From the NCBI GenBank assembly GCA_036001645.1, contig DASYUC010000145.1, positions 1,534 to 65,533 of the forward strand: a stretch of 64,000 nucleotides of DNA, written 5' to 3'. Numbering within the stretch: the stretch's first letter is position 1; the number at the start of each line of letters is the position of its first letter. Source of the DNA: Candidatus Limnocylindria bacterium. GTDB taxonomy: Bacteria > Chloroflexota > Limnocylindria > P2-11E. This document shows positions 10,335 through 18,288 of the stretch, piece after piece. The translations under genes were made by a program, and so were the position numbers. The notes under the pieces are model-generated. The model did not search any database, had not been told where the DNA came from, and saw nothing but the letters and a program-made list of their open reading frames with translations.

Positions 10335-11355
10335 TGAAGTCTCCACAGACGTGAGTCACAAATAGAAGCCCCCGACTAGGGTGCGCGGTGATCAGACCAA
10401 ACACCACTAGTCGGAGGGTCTTCTTTGTACCAGACAGATCGGCTCAATCCGCGGCTCCGGGCGTTCGTGGTCGCTGAGGCGGAGCGCATCGGAGTTACAC
10501 AGGCCGCGCGCAATGTCGGGGTCAGTCGGCGCACGGTGTACCGCTGGCGCCGGCGAGCACCGGAGTTCGACGACCGTCCGTGCCGTCCACACCGGTCGCC
10601 ACGACGCTGCGCGGACGCGCTGGAGGCGAGCGTGCTCGCCCTGCGATTGGAGGAGCGCATCGGGCCGGACCGGATCGGCCCTTCGCTGGGCCTGCACCCC
10701 AGCACGGTCCACCGAATCCTCCGCCGCCACGGGGCTCACCGGCTCAGCCATCTGTTCCCCAAACCGCCGCGCAGCTTCGGCACCTTCGCGCCGCTGCGAC
10801 CGGGCGAGCTCGTCGGCGTGGATATCAAGAGCTTCGGCAGCCTGGGCCGCGGCGGCGGACGCGCGGCAGTCATGCACCACAACCCCCGCCGCAAGGTGGG
10901 CTGGCGGCATCTGCATGTGGCGATCGACATGGCCAGCCGCCTGGTGTTCAGCGAGTTCCGGCCGACCCTGGCCGGCGCCGACGCGATTGCGTTCGTCGAT
11001 CACGCCACGGCGTTCTTCGCCGGGCGCGGCATCCAGGTCGAGCGGATCCTCACCGACAACGGTTCGGCCTACCGCAGCAATCAGTTCGCAGCTGCCTGTC
11101 GTGCTGCCGGTCTGCGGCACACCCGGACCAAAGTCCGACATCCCTGGACCAACGGCCGGGCCGAGCGGTTCATCGGCACGATCCAGCGCGAGTGCGCGTA
11201 CCGCGACCAGTTCAACAGCGACGAGGAGCGGGCGCTGGCGATCGCGCTCTTCGTTCCCTGGTACAACACACTCCGACCGCACCACGGGCTCGGAGGTCTC
11301 ACGCCGCAGAGCTGGTTAGACCGGTGGCGTGTGACTCAGGTCCGAGGAGACCTCA
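10335..11355 (+). mobile_element. IS481-family insertion sequence (~1.02 kb), apparently intact
   Basis: 26-bp imperfect terminal inverted repeats, 22/26 complementary: TGAAGTCTCCACAGACGTGAGTCACA (10335-10360) and TGTGACTCAGGTCCGAGGAGACCTCA (11330-11355). It is flanked by CCTAGC direct repeats and carries a single DDE transposase ORF. Confidence 0.8.
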
Positions 11356-11360
11356 CCTAG
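10425..11360 (+). CDS. IS481-family DDE transposase (integrase core domain)
   Basis: N-terminal HTH (GVSRRTVYRWRRR). rve-type core: VGVDIK..., TDNGSAYRS, and NGRAERFIGTIQRE. The TTG start at 10425 follows GGAGGG. Confidence 0.9.
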   Translation: MYQTDRLNPRLRAFVVAEAERIGVTQAARNVGVSRRTVYRWRRRAPEFDDRPCRPHRSPRRCADALEASVLALRLEERIGPDRIGPSLGLHPSTVHRILRRHGAHRLSHLFPKPPRSFGTFAPLRPGELVGVDIKSFGSLGRGGGRAAVMHHNPRRKVGWRHLHVAIDMASRLVFSEFRPTLAGADAIAFVDHATAFFAGRGIQVERILTDNGSAYRSNQFAAACRAAGLRHTRTKVRHPWTNGRAERFIGTIQRECAYRDQFNSDEERALAIALFVPWYNTLRPHHGLGGLTPQSWLDRWRVTQVRGDLT

Positions 11361-11361
11361 C
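11356..11361. repeat. Right copy of 6-bp target-site duplication CCTAGC
   Basis: Identical to 10329-10334. It contains the TAG that terminates the transposase ORF. Confidence 0.75.
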
Positions 11362-11369
11362 CTTCCACC

Positions 11370-12509
11370 GTGCGTGTCGTCATCGCGAAGAAGCTCCTCT
11401 CCACCGTCGGCGGGTCCGAGGCGCTCGCGCGCGCTCTCGACCGCGAGCTGCGAGCGCTCGGCCACGACGTCACGCTCGTCGGTATGCGTCCGGCGTGGGA
11501 GCGGCCGGGCGTGCCGCGTGAGGCCCTCGCCGCGCCGCCGGGGCCGGTGACGATCCGCGCGAACGGAACGCACTTCGTGTTCATCCCCGCGCGCGGTGGT
11601 CGTATCGGAGCCGCCATCGACGGACTCTTGCCGACCACGCTGGTCCGCCCGGACGATCTTCGACGCGCGGTCGCCGGCGCGGACGTCGTGCATTCGATCG
11701 CCCGGGAGTGGGCCGGCCCGCTGGAGCGGGTCGCGCGCGACGCGGGCGCCGCGTTCGTCGAGACGCCGCTGGTCCATCCCGGACAGCCCTTCTCCGGCGC
11801 GGGCGCGGCAGATGTCGCGCGCTACCGGCGAGACGACGCGGTCATCGCGCTGACCGAATGGGAGGCGGGCTGGTACCGCGGGCGCGGCGTCCGTCAGGTG
11901 CACATCACGGGTATCGGGCCGAACCTGCACGCGCTGCCCGAGGTCCCGCGCGACCCGGCGACGGTGCTCTTTGTGGGGCGACGCGAGCGATACAAGGGCT
12001 ATCACGCACTGCGCGCCGCGGCGCGGCTGGTGTGGGCCGAGCGGGCGGACGCGCACTTCGTCACGATCGGTCAGGCCGCGTGGAACGCCGCCTTCGACCG
12101 CGGCCCGCACGACCCGCGCTGGGTCGACCGCGGTGTCGCGACGGAGGCGGAGAAGGCGGAGGCGTTCGCCCGCGCGACGATCTTCGCAATGCCGTCGGAG
12201 CACGAGACGTTCGGTCACACCTATCTCGAGGCGTGGAGCGCCGGGCTGCCCGTGATCGCCGGCGACATCGCCCCGCTGCACGAAGTGGTGCGTGAAGGCG
12301 TCGACGGACTTCACGTCGCGAACGAGCCGCGCGCCATCGCCGACGCGATCCTCGCGTTGCTGCGCGATCCCGAACGCGGCCGCCGTATGGGCGCGGCCGG
12401 ACGCGAGCGGCTACAGCGCGAGTTCTCGTGGCCGGCGGTCGCGAAGCGGACCGATGCGGCCTATGTTGCGGCGATCTCCACGCGCGACGGGCGTCGGGCG
12501 CGGATGTAA
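11370..12509 (+). CDS. Glycosyltransferase family 4 (GT-B)
   Basis: MRVVIAKKLLSTVGGSE at the N-terminus and ETFGHTYLEAWSAGLPVIAG near the C-terminus. The GTG start lies 8 nt after the IS target duplication. Confidence 0.8.
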   Translation: MRVVIAKKLLSTVGGSEALARALDRELRALGHDVTLVGMRPAWERPGVPREALAAPPGPVTIRANGTHFVFIPARGGRIGAAIDGLLPTTLVRPDDLRRAVAGADVVHSIAREWAGPLERVARDAGAAFVETPLVHPGQPFSGAGAADVARYRRDDAVIALTEWEAGWYRGRGVRQVHITGIGPNLHALPEVPRDPATVLFVGRRERYKGYHALRAAARLVWAERADAHFVTIGQAAWNAAFDRGPHDPRWVDRGVATEAEKAEAFARATIFAMPSEHETFGHTYLEAWSAGLPVIAGDIAPLHEVVREGVDGLHVANEPRAIADAILALLRDPERGRRMGAAGRERLQREFSWPAVAKRTDAAYVAAISTRDGRRARM

Positions 12510-13243
12510 GCGCTCGCGATGCGACCCGCGACGCCCTCGAGCTTCACCTCGCGTGTCACCTCGATGTCGATCGCGTCAAACCCCGCGTCCTCCAGGTCCC
12601 TGGTGTAGTCCGCGAGCGAGATCGTCCCTGCGACGCAGCCCGCCCAGAGGTCGAGCCGTTTCTTCGCGTCGGGCGCGAGTTCCTCGAGCGCGACCATGTC
12701 GGCGACCGCGAAGCGGCCGTCGGGCCGGAGCACGCGGAACGCCTCGCGCAGCACGGCGCCCTTGTCCGCGGCGAGATTGATGACGCAGTTGGAGATCACG
12801 ACGTCGACCGACGCGTCCGGCAGCGGAACGCTTTCGATCGTGCCCTTCAGAAAGGTGGCGTTGCCGAGACCGGCCTTGGCCTGGTTCTCCCGCGCCACGG
12901 CGAGCATCTCATCGGTCATGTCGACGCCGTAGGCGTGACCGCCCGGCGCGACGCGGCGCGCGGAGAGGAGGACGTCGAGGCCGGCCCCGGAGCCGAGGTC
13001 GAGCACGACCTCGCCGGGATGGAGATCCGCCAGCAGCGTGGGGTTGCCACAGCCGAGGCTGACGCTCGGGTCCAGCCCGAGGCTCGCGAGCTCTTCCGCC
13101 GCATAGCCTTCGCCGCAGCCATTCGCATCGCAGCAGCTGTCATCGCAGCACGACGAGCCCTTCGCCATGTCGAGCGCTCGCTCTGCGTACCTCGCGCGTA
13201 CGGTCTCCTGGATCTCGTTCCCTGTGTCCTCCGGACGACCCAT
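12461..13243 (-). CDS. arsM: Arsenite S-adenosylmethionine methyltransferase
   Basis: SAM motif VLDLGSGAGLD. The three conserved ArsM cysteines sit in LGCGNP, SNCVINL and WAGCVAG, and there is an N-terminal CC..CC cluster. Start is either the ATG at 13243 (preferred) or 13279. Confidence 0.88.
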   Translation of the reverse strand: MGRPEDTGNEIQETVRARYAERALDMAKGSSCCDDSCCDANGCGEGYAAEELASLGLDPSVSLGCGNPTLLADLHPGEVVLDLGSGAGLDVLLSARRVAPGGHAYGVDMTDEMLAVARENQAKAGLGNATFLKGTIESVPLPDASVDVVISNCVINLAADKGAVLREAFRVLRPDGRFAVADMVALEELAPDAKKRLDLWAGCVAGTISLADYTRDLEDAGFDAIDIEVTREVKLEGVAGRIASAYIRARRPSRVEIAAT

Positions 13244-13252
13244 CGATGGGTC
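13237..13252. promoter_or_regulatory. 16-bp perfect palindrome GACCCATCGATGGGTC over the arsM start
   Basis: Read directly. It shares the half-site ACGACCCAT with the neighbouring 12-6-12 palindrome. Confidence 0.5.
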
Positions 13253-13270
13253 TCGATGCCTAATGTCTAG

Positions 13271-13300
13271 ACGACCCATTGATATTTGTCAATGGGTCGT
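13271..13300. promoter_or_regulatory. 12-6-12 perfect inverted repeat (candidate ArsR operator) in the arsM/arsR divergent spacer
   Basis: ACGACCCATTGA TATTTG TCAATGGGTCGT sits in an AT-richer patch 15 nt upstream of the arsR ATG. Confidence 0.6.
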
Positions 13301-13314
13301 GTAGCATCGCAGCC

Positions 13315-13656
13315 ATGGTGAAGCTGGACGTCCTGCCCGCACGGGAGCGAGGCGTGTGCTGCGCTGTTGAGCTCGAAGTGCCGCCGGTGCGGGCGACGGA
13401 GCTGGCCGATGTCCTGAAGGCGCTGGCCGATCCAACACGGTTGCAGATGATCCTCGCGCTCCGCGCTTCGAAGGAGCCGGTGTGCATCTGCGACTTCACC
13501 GCCACGTTCGATCTGTCGCAGCCGACGCTCTCGCATCACATGGCGAAGCTGCGTGAGGCGGGTCTCGTCGAGGCGACGCGACAGGGGATCTGGGCCTACT
13601 ACCGCCTGAAGCCGCACCTGCCCGCGCACGTTCGAAAGATCATCGACGCCCTCTGA
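13315..13656 (+). CDS. arsR: ArsR/SmtB-family metalloregulator
   Basis: LADPTRLQMILAL...PVCICDF...LSQPTLSHHMAKLREAGLV is a wHTH with the CxC metal site. Trimmed to the ATG at 13315. Confidence 0.85.
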   Translation: MVKLDVLPARERGVCCAVELEVPPVRATELADVLKALADPTRLQMILALRASKEPVCICDFTATFDLSQPTLSHHMAKLREAGLVEATRQGIWAYYRLKPHLPAHVRKIIDAL

Positions 13657-13659
13657 CCG

Positions 13660-13971
13660 CTAGTGCGAGGCGCGGGCCTGACGGCGCCTGATCACGACGA
13701 CGGAAAGCAGCACGGCGACCTGAAGCACTAGGACCGCGGCGATGATGAGGACCGGCGTTTCGGGTGCGCCGAGTGCCTCCCGAAACGCGCCGGTAGCGTC
13801 GAGGGCGGCGATCACTCCGATGCCGATGACCGCCGCTACCACGGTCCAACCGAGAGAGACGTCGGGCGTGACTGCCGCAAGCCAGTTCGGCGCCCGGGTG
13901 CTGCGCTGAAGCAGCCTGATTCCGATCAAGAGAAGTCCGATCGTCACCGCCGTCCAGATCGGCGAGATCAT
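13660..13971 (-). CDS. Small membrane protein (103 aa, ~3 TM), unknown function
   Basis: Hydrophobic segments separated by short loops. It is the last gene of the MauE/Cys-rich precursor operon. Confidence 0.5.
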   Translation of the reverse strand: MISPIWTAVTIGLLLIGIRLLQRSTRAPNWLAAVTPDVSLGWTVVAAVIGIGVIAALDATGAFREALGAPETPVLIIAAVLVLQVAVLLSVVVIRRRQARASH

Positions 13972-13999
13972 CGCCTCACCTCCTGAGTGCCCCGGTCCA

Positions 14000-14821
14000 T
14001 TATCCGCACGGCTTGCAAACGTAGTAGCAGGAGTACGCGGTGACGACGCTGCACATGACCACGGTCACGACCTCGCAGACGGCACCACACAGTGGGCAGA
14101 TGATCGCGAGCCCGCCGCAGACGACGGTGCTCTCGTAGAGGCATGAGAGCTCCACGGTAAGAGCGCACACGATCGAACACATGACGCCTTCGACACCGCA
14201 GTCCGCGTTAGGCGCGGCAAGGCCCGGCGGTCGCCCTCGGCCGGATGTGCGGATGACCTTGCGCGTGCCGTCCGCGAATACGATCGTCGCCTCAGCGGTC
14301 CCGAGAAATACTGTGGATCGCCGGCGGGCGGCGCCGGACTGCACGTCGAAGACCTCGACGGTCCTCTGATCGACGTCGTTCCACCGCAGGACGAAGGACT
14401 TGAGGCCTCCCTGTGCCTCGAGGGCGTGATACAGCTTTGCCGAGCGCCCGTGTCCGTCCGAGAACGGCATGGCCACAAAGTGCCCGCGCAGGCGCGGGTC
14501 CGTCTTGAGGTGCGCTCGCGATCCGTATGCCAGGCCCGGCTGCGCGACCATCCCATCGCTCTCGAGCGCGGCCCAGAGCAGGCGTCCGGCCCCATCCGCT
14601 CGTGCGTCACCGAGCGCGCGACCGATCGCGGCTCGATCGAGCTGCTCGATGACCATGTTGCCCTCCGTCGTGGCCCCCGCGCCCGAGCTCGGCGGCTCTC
14701 CGGCCAGCGCGATCTCAGGCATGAGCCCGCTCGCCTTTGCGACGAGGCCTCCCGCACCGGCTGCGACGATGGACAGGACTTTTCGCCTCGAGAGGTCAGT
14801 CACGTTCGTCCTCCTGTTCAT
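14000..14821 (-). CDS. Tat-signal secreted precursor (273 aa) with 12-Cys hydrophobic C-terminal tail (halocin C8-like architecture)
   Basis: MNRRTNVTDLSRRKVLSIVAAGAGGLVA is a twin-arginine signal. The last ~66 aa are CGVEGVMCSIVCALTVELSCLYESTVVCGGLAIICPLCGAVCEVVTVVMCSVVTAYSCYYVCKPCG. The ATG at 14821 lies 1 nt after the MauE-like stop. Confidence 0.7.
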   Translation of the reverse strand: MNRRTNVTDLSRRKVLSIVAAGAGGLVAKASGLMPEIALAGEPPSSGAGATTEGNMVIEQLDRAAIGRALGDARADGAGRLLWAALESDGMVAQPGLAYGSRAHLKTDPRLRGHFVAMPFSDGHGRSAKLYHALEAQGGLKSFVLRWNDVDQRTVEVFDVQSGAARRRSTVFLGTAEATIVFADGTRKVIRTSGRGRPPGLAAPNADCGVEGVMCSIVCALTVELSCLYESTVVCGGLAIICPLCGAVCEVVTVVMCSVVTAYSCYYVCKPCG

Positions 14822-14822
14822 T

Positions 14823-15383
14823 TCACGTTTGGCCTGTCGTTGGAGCGACTGAGAGCGTGGGCGTGATGCGGACCCGCGATCGGACACCAAGCGCGCCCGA
14901 CGAGAGCGTGCTGGCAAGGAAGACGGCTGCGAGAGCAGCGTTCGCGAGCGACCACGGAGCGGACGCGTTCCGCGCCAGCTCAGCCGCCGTCAGCGCCGCG
15001 ACGAGAACGACATTCCGCGAGACGAGCGTCCATGAGATGAGGGTCGACGGGCGGTCCGCACCGCAGCCGCACGGATGGCGTCTGCCGTTCCACAGCGAAC
15101 GCGCCATGGCCATCTCGAACGCGGCCAGCAACCCGCCCGCACCGAGCGCTGTGAGATCCCTCGCCAGTCCGAGGACCAACGCGGCGCCGAGACCGATCTC
15201 GATCCACGGCAGGGTCCGCGCGAACAGCCGCTGCTGATCGCCGCTCCCGATCTCATATCGGCCGACCGCGGCGATGACCGCGCTCTCGTCCGCGCGGACC
15301 TTCACGATCCCCGCGACGAGCAGGAACGCCCCGATGATGAGCTCCACTCCGAGAGAAACTGCCCCCATTGCCTCCGCCACCAT
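14823..15383 (-). CDS. MauE/DoxX-family redox-associated membrane protein
   Basis: Four-TM profile with a PCGCG motif, as in methylamine-utilisation protein MauE. Confidence 0.7.
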   Translation of the reverse strand: MVAEAMGAVSLGVELIIGAFLLVAGIVKVRADESAVIAAVGRYEIGSGDQQRLFARTLPWIEIGLGAALVLGLARDLTALGAGGLLAAFEMAMARSLWNGRRHPCGCGADRPSTLISWTLVSRNVVLVAALTAAELARNASAPWSLANAALAAVFLASTLSSGALGVRSRVRITPTLSVAPTTGQT

Positions 15384-15451
15384 TCGCCTCCGAACGCCCC
15401 GGCATCGTTACTCAGGTATCCGTGGCCACAAGTCGGACGTTTGACCGACAG

Positions 15452-15688
15452 CTAGGGACGGCCGCGCATCCAGAGAGCCACGGCGGCCGCCCGGGAACGG
15501 ATCTGCAGGTCGTCGAAGAGCCGCTCGAGGTGCGTTCGGACGGTCCGCTGCGAGATCCCTAACCTCGCGGCGATCTGCTTGTCGCCGAAGCCGAGCGCGA
15601 TGAGCTCCACGATCTCCGACTCTCGCGCGGAGAAGAGCGGCGCTGCGGACCCTTCGTCTGACGCTGATCGACCCTCCGCCTGGCGCAT
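15452..15688 (-). CDS. Stand-alone LuxR/GerE HTH protein (78 aa)
   Basis: SARESEIVELIALGFGDKQIAARLGISQRTVRTHLERLF. Confidence 0.7.
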   Translation of the reverse strand: MRQAEGRSASDEGSAAPLFSARESEIVELIALGFGDKQIAARLGISQRTVRTHLERLFDDLQIRSRAAAVALWMRGRP

Positions 15689-15787
15689 GCCGCGACCTTA
15701 GTAACAGTCCGTCGATGGCACATCGCGCGAATTGACCATCGCCGCAGGACCATTTGCTGGGCCCGGCGACTAGACTCGCGAGCGGAC

Positions 15788-16822
15788 TTGCGAGATGTGA
15801 TCGGGCAGCGTCGCCTGCTCGCCAGGCTTGGCGAGCGAGCGGCCCGGGGCGACGTGGCCCATGGATACGAGCTCAGCGGTCCGCGGTCGATCGGAAAGCA
15901 CACGCTGGCGGTGCGGTTGGCGCAGACACTCAACTGCGCGACCGAGCCGACGGTGCCGGGCGGATGCGGCGTTTGCCTCGCCTGCCGGAAGATCGAGCGC
16001 GGTCTGCATCCGGACGTCCGCGAGATCACGCGGCTCGTCGACCAGGCGAAGCGCGATGACCGCAAGAACATCACGATCGAGCAGATCCGCGAGATGCAGC
16101 AGGACCTCGCGCTGCGGCCGCTCGAGGGCCGCCGGCGTGTCGTCATCATCGACGACGCCGCCGACCTCTCGGAGCACGCCGAGGTCGCATTGCTCAAGAC
16201 GCTGGAGGAGCCGCCGTCGCACGCGGTGCTCCTGTTGATCACCCCGACACCGTCGCGCCTGCTCGAGACCATCCGGTCGCGCCTGCAGCCGTTGCCGTTC
16301 CGTTCCGTCGCGCGTGTCGAGATCGAGCAAGCGCTGGTCGCCCGGTTGGGCCAGAGCGCGGCGCGCTTCGCAGCGCCCGCGGCGGGCAAGCCCGGCATCG
16401 CGCTCGCGCTCGCGATGGACGACGGCGCGCGGACGGCCCGCAAGCAGTTCGAAGCCGAGTTCTACCGTCTCGTCGGCAGCAAGCTCACCGAGCGGTTCGC
16501 GTGGGCCGCCGCGCTCGCGGACGAACGCGACAGCCAGAAGCGAAGCGAGCTCATCGAGAACCGCTTGGTGAACTGGAGCGAGCTCGTCCGCGATGCCGCC
16601 GTGGCCGGGACCGGCGTCGCCGATCGCGCGATGCGGCCCGACCGCGATGACGAGAGTCGCCGTCTCGCTGCGAAGGTGTCGACGCGGGAGCTCGTCGATC
16701 TCGCGCAGCGTATGGAGCGGTGGCGGCGTGACGTCGTCGAGACGACGGTCAGCGCACGCATGCTGCTCGAGCTCTTCGTGCTGAAGCTCCCATACGACGA
16801 AACATTTGCGGAGGCTGCCTAG
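15788..16822 (+). CDS. holB: DNA polymerase III delta' subunit
   Basis: HGYELSGPRSIGKHTLA, zinc module CGVCLACRKIERGLHPDV, and ALLKTLEEPP. The TTG at 15788 or the GTG at 15797 is the start. Confidence 0.85.
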   Translation: MRDVIGQRRLLARLGERAARGDVAHGYELSGPRSIGKHTLAVRLAQTLNCATEPTVPGGCGVCLACRKIERGLHPDVREITRLVDQAKRDDRKNITIEQIREMQQDLALRPLEGRRRVVIIDDAADLSEHAEVALLKTLEEPPSHAVLLLITPTPSRLLETIRSRLQPLPFRSVARVEIEQALVARLGQSAARFAAPAAGKPGIALALAMDDGARTARKQFEAEFYRLVGSKLTERFAWAAALADERDSQKRSELIENRLVNWSELVRDAAVAGTGVADRAMRPDRDDESRRLAAKVSTRELVDLAQRMERWRRDVVETTVSARMLLELFVLKLPYDETFAEAA

Positions 16823-17830
16823 ATGCGTACCGTCGTTGGCGCTCGCTTCATGAAAGCTGGGCGCATGTACTTCTTCGATCCCGGTGCGGTGAACGATTAC
16901 CGCGTGAACGACTGGATCATCGTGCGCACCGACCTCGGCGTCGACGCCGCACGAGTTCAGATCCTGCCGACCGATTCACCGCTGGTGCAGGTCGACCCGC
17001 CGCTTGGCACCGTCGTGCGCAAGGCGTCGGTCGCGGACGTGCTCGAGATCAACAAGCGCGAGCGCATGGACGCCGACGCGGCGGTGACGGCGGGCGAGAT
17101 GGTCCGCTCCACCGGTCTGCCGATCAAGATCCTCGGCGCGGACTGGCAGTTCGACGGATCCGCGCTCACGATCTTCTACTCCACCGACCCGTCGGGGCGC
17201 CCGCCCGCGGACGCGGATATGTCCGAGCTCAACGCGGCATTCGCGGCTCACTTCGGTACACGCGTCGAGCTCCGCCGCATGGGCGCGCGCGACGAGACGA
17301 AGGTGATGACCGGCGTCGGCACGTGTGGACGAGAGCTCTGCTGCTCGAGCTGGCTCGACAAGTTCTCGAACATCTCGATCCGCATGGCGAAGGAGCAGGA
17401 CCTTCCGCTCAATCAATCGAAGCTCACCGGGGTGTGCGGCCGCCTCAAATGCTGCCTCATCTACGAGCTCGAGACGTACCAAGAGGTGAAGGGCAAGCTT
17501 CCGAAGCTCGGCGAGACCTTCCATATCCCCGCGTGCGTCAGCGGATCCTGCGGCACATCCGGTTGCGCGACGACGCAGGGCGTCAACGTGGTGAAGGAAT
17601 CGATCGTCGTCGGTCTGGTCGATGGCGGTCGCGCGGAATACACCGCCGCGGAGCTCGGAGTCACGTTCGATCCGGTGCCCGCGCATACGCGCGGCGTCGG
17701 CTCCTATGGCGGCGACGAAGTGCCACGGCAGGAGCGCCCGACGCCGGTGCGCGATGGCGCTGCGAAGAGAAAGCGCCGTCGCCGCGGACGTCGTGGCGGT
17801 CGCGACCGCGGAGCGCCGCCGGCGTCCTAG
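16823..17830 (+). CDS. PSP1 domain protein (YaaT/RicT-like)
   Basis: MYFFDPG, and Cys clusters GTCGRELCCSSWL and GVCGRLKCCLIYE. It follows holB directly, as in Firmicutes. Confidence 0.85.
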   Translation: MRTVVGARFMKAGRMYFFDPGAVNDYRVNDWIIVRTDLGVDAARVQILPTDSPLVQVDPPLGTVVRKASVADVLEINKRERMDADAAVTAGEMVRSTGLPIKILGADWQFDGSALTIFYSTDPSGRPPADADMSELNAAFAAHFGTRVELRRMGARDETKVMTGVGTCGRELCCSSWLDKFSNISIRMAKEQDLPLNQSKLTGVCGRLKCCLIYELETYQEVKGKLPKLGETFHIPACVSGSCGTSGCATTQGVNVVKESIVVGLVDGGRAEYTAAELGVTFDPVPAHTRGVGSYGGDEVPRQERPTPVRDGAAKRKRRRRGRRGGRDRGAPPAS

Positions 17831-18288
17831 GCGCGCTCCTTCAGGAGATCTCGCGTCAGCTCCGCCTGTCCGGCGTGTTCCGCTGCGTGTGCGATCGAGT
17901 GGACGACCATCGCCTGGACCGAACGGGTCGAGACGGGTCCCACCAGGTCTTCGTCGAGACGACCCGGCGGCAAGTTGTCGAGGACATCGACGATGCCGCG
18001 TTTCACGACTTCCCATCGGGCGCGGACGCCCGCGATGTCCGCCTTCGCCGCGAACTCCTCGTCGCGCGTGCCCCCCGGTTTGTGCCCGGCAATGTTCACG
18101 AGGATATGGCGCTCGGCCGCGCCGACGGTGTGCGCGGCGAGCACGAGCAGGCTGTTGGCGCCCTTCGCCGCGGGCTGCCAGGTGAGCTGGTCCACGCCGA
18201 GACCATCCGTCGCGCCGATGACGCGGTCGACCTCGCGCAACAGGCGGTCGCGCATCTCAGCGAGCTCGCGCTTCGGAGCGGGACTCAC
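17827..18288 (-). CDS. DinB-family (four-helix bundle, metal-binding) protein
   Basis: His triad context: LAAHTVGAAERH ... VVHSIAHAAEHAGQ. Confidence 0.6.
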   Translation of the reverse strand: MSPAPKRELAEMRDRLLREVDRVIGATDGLGVDQLTWQPAAKGANSLLVLAAHTVGAAERHILVNIAGHKPGGTRDEEFAAKADIAGVRARWEVVKRGIVDVLDNLPPGRLDEDLVGPVSTRSVQAMVVHSIAHAAEHAGQAELTRDLLKERA

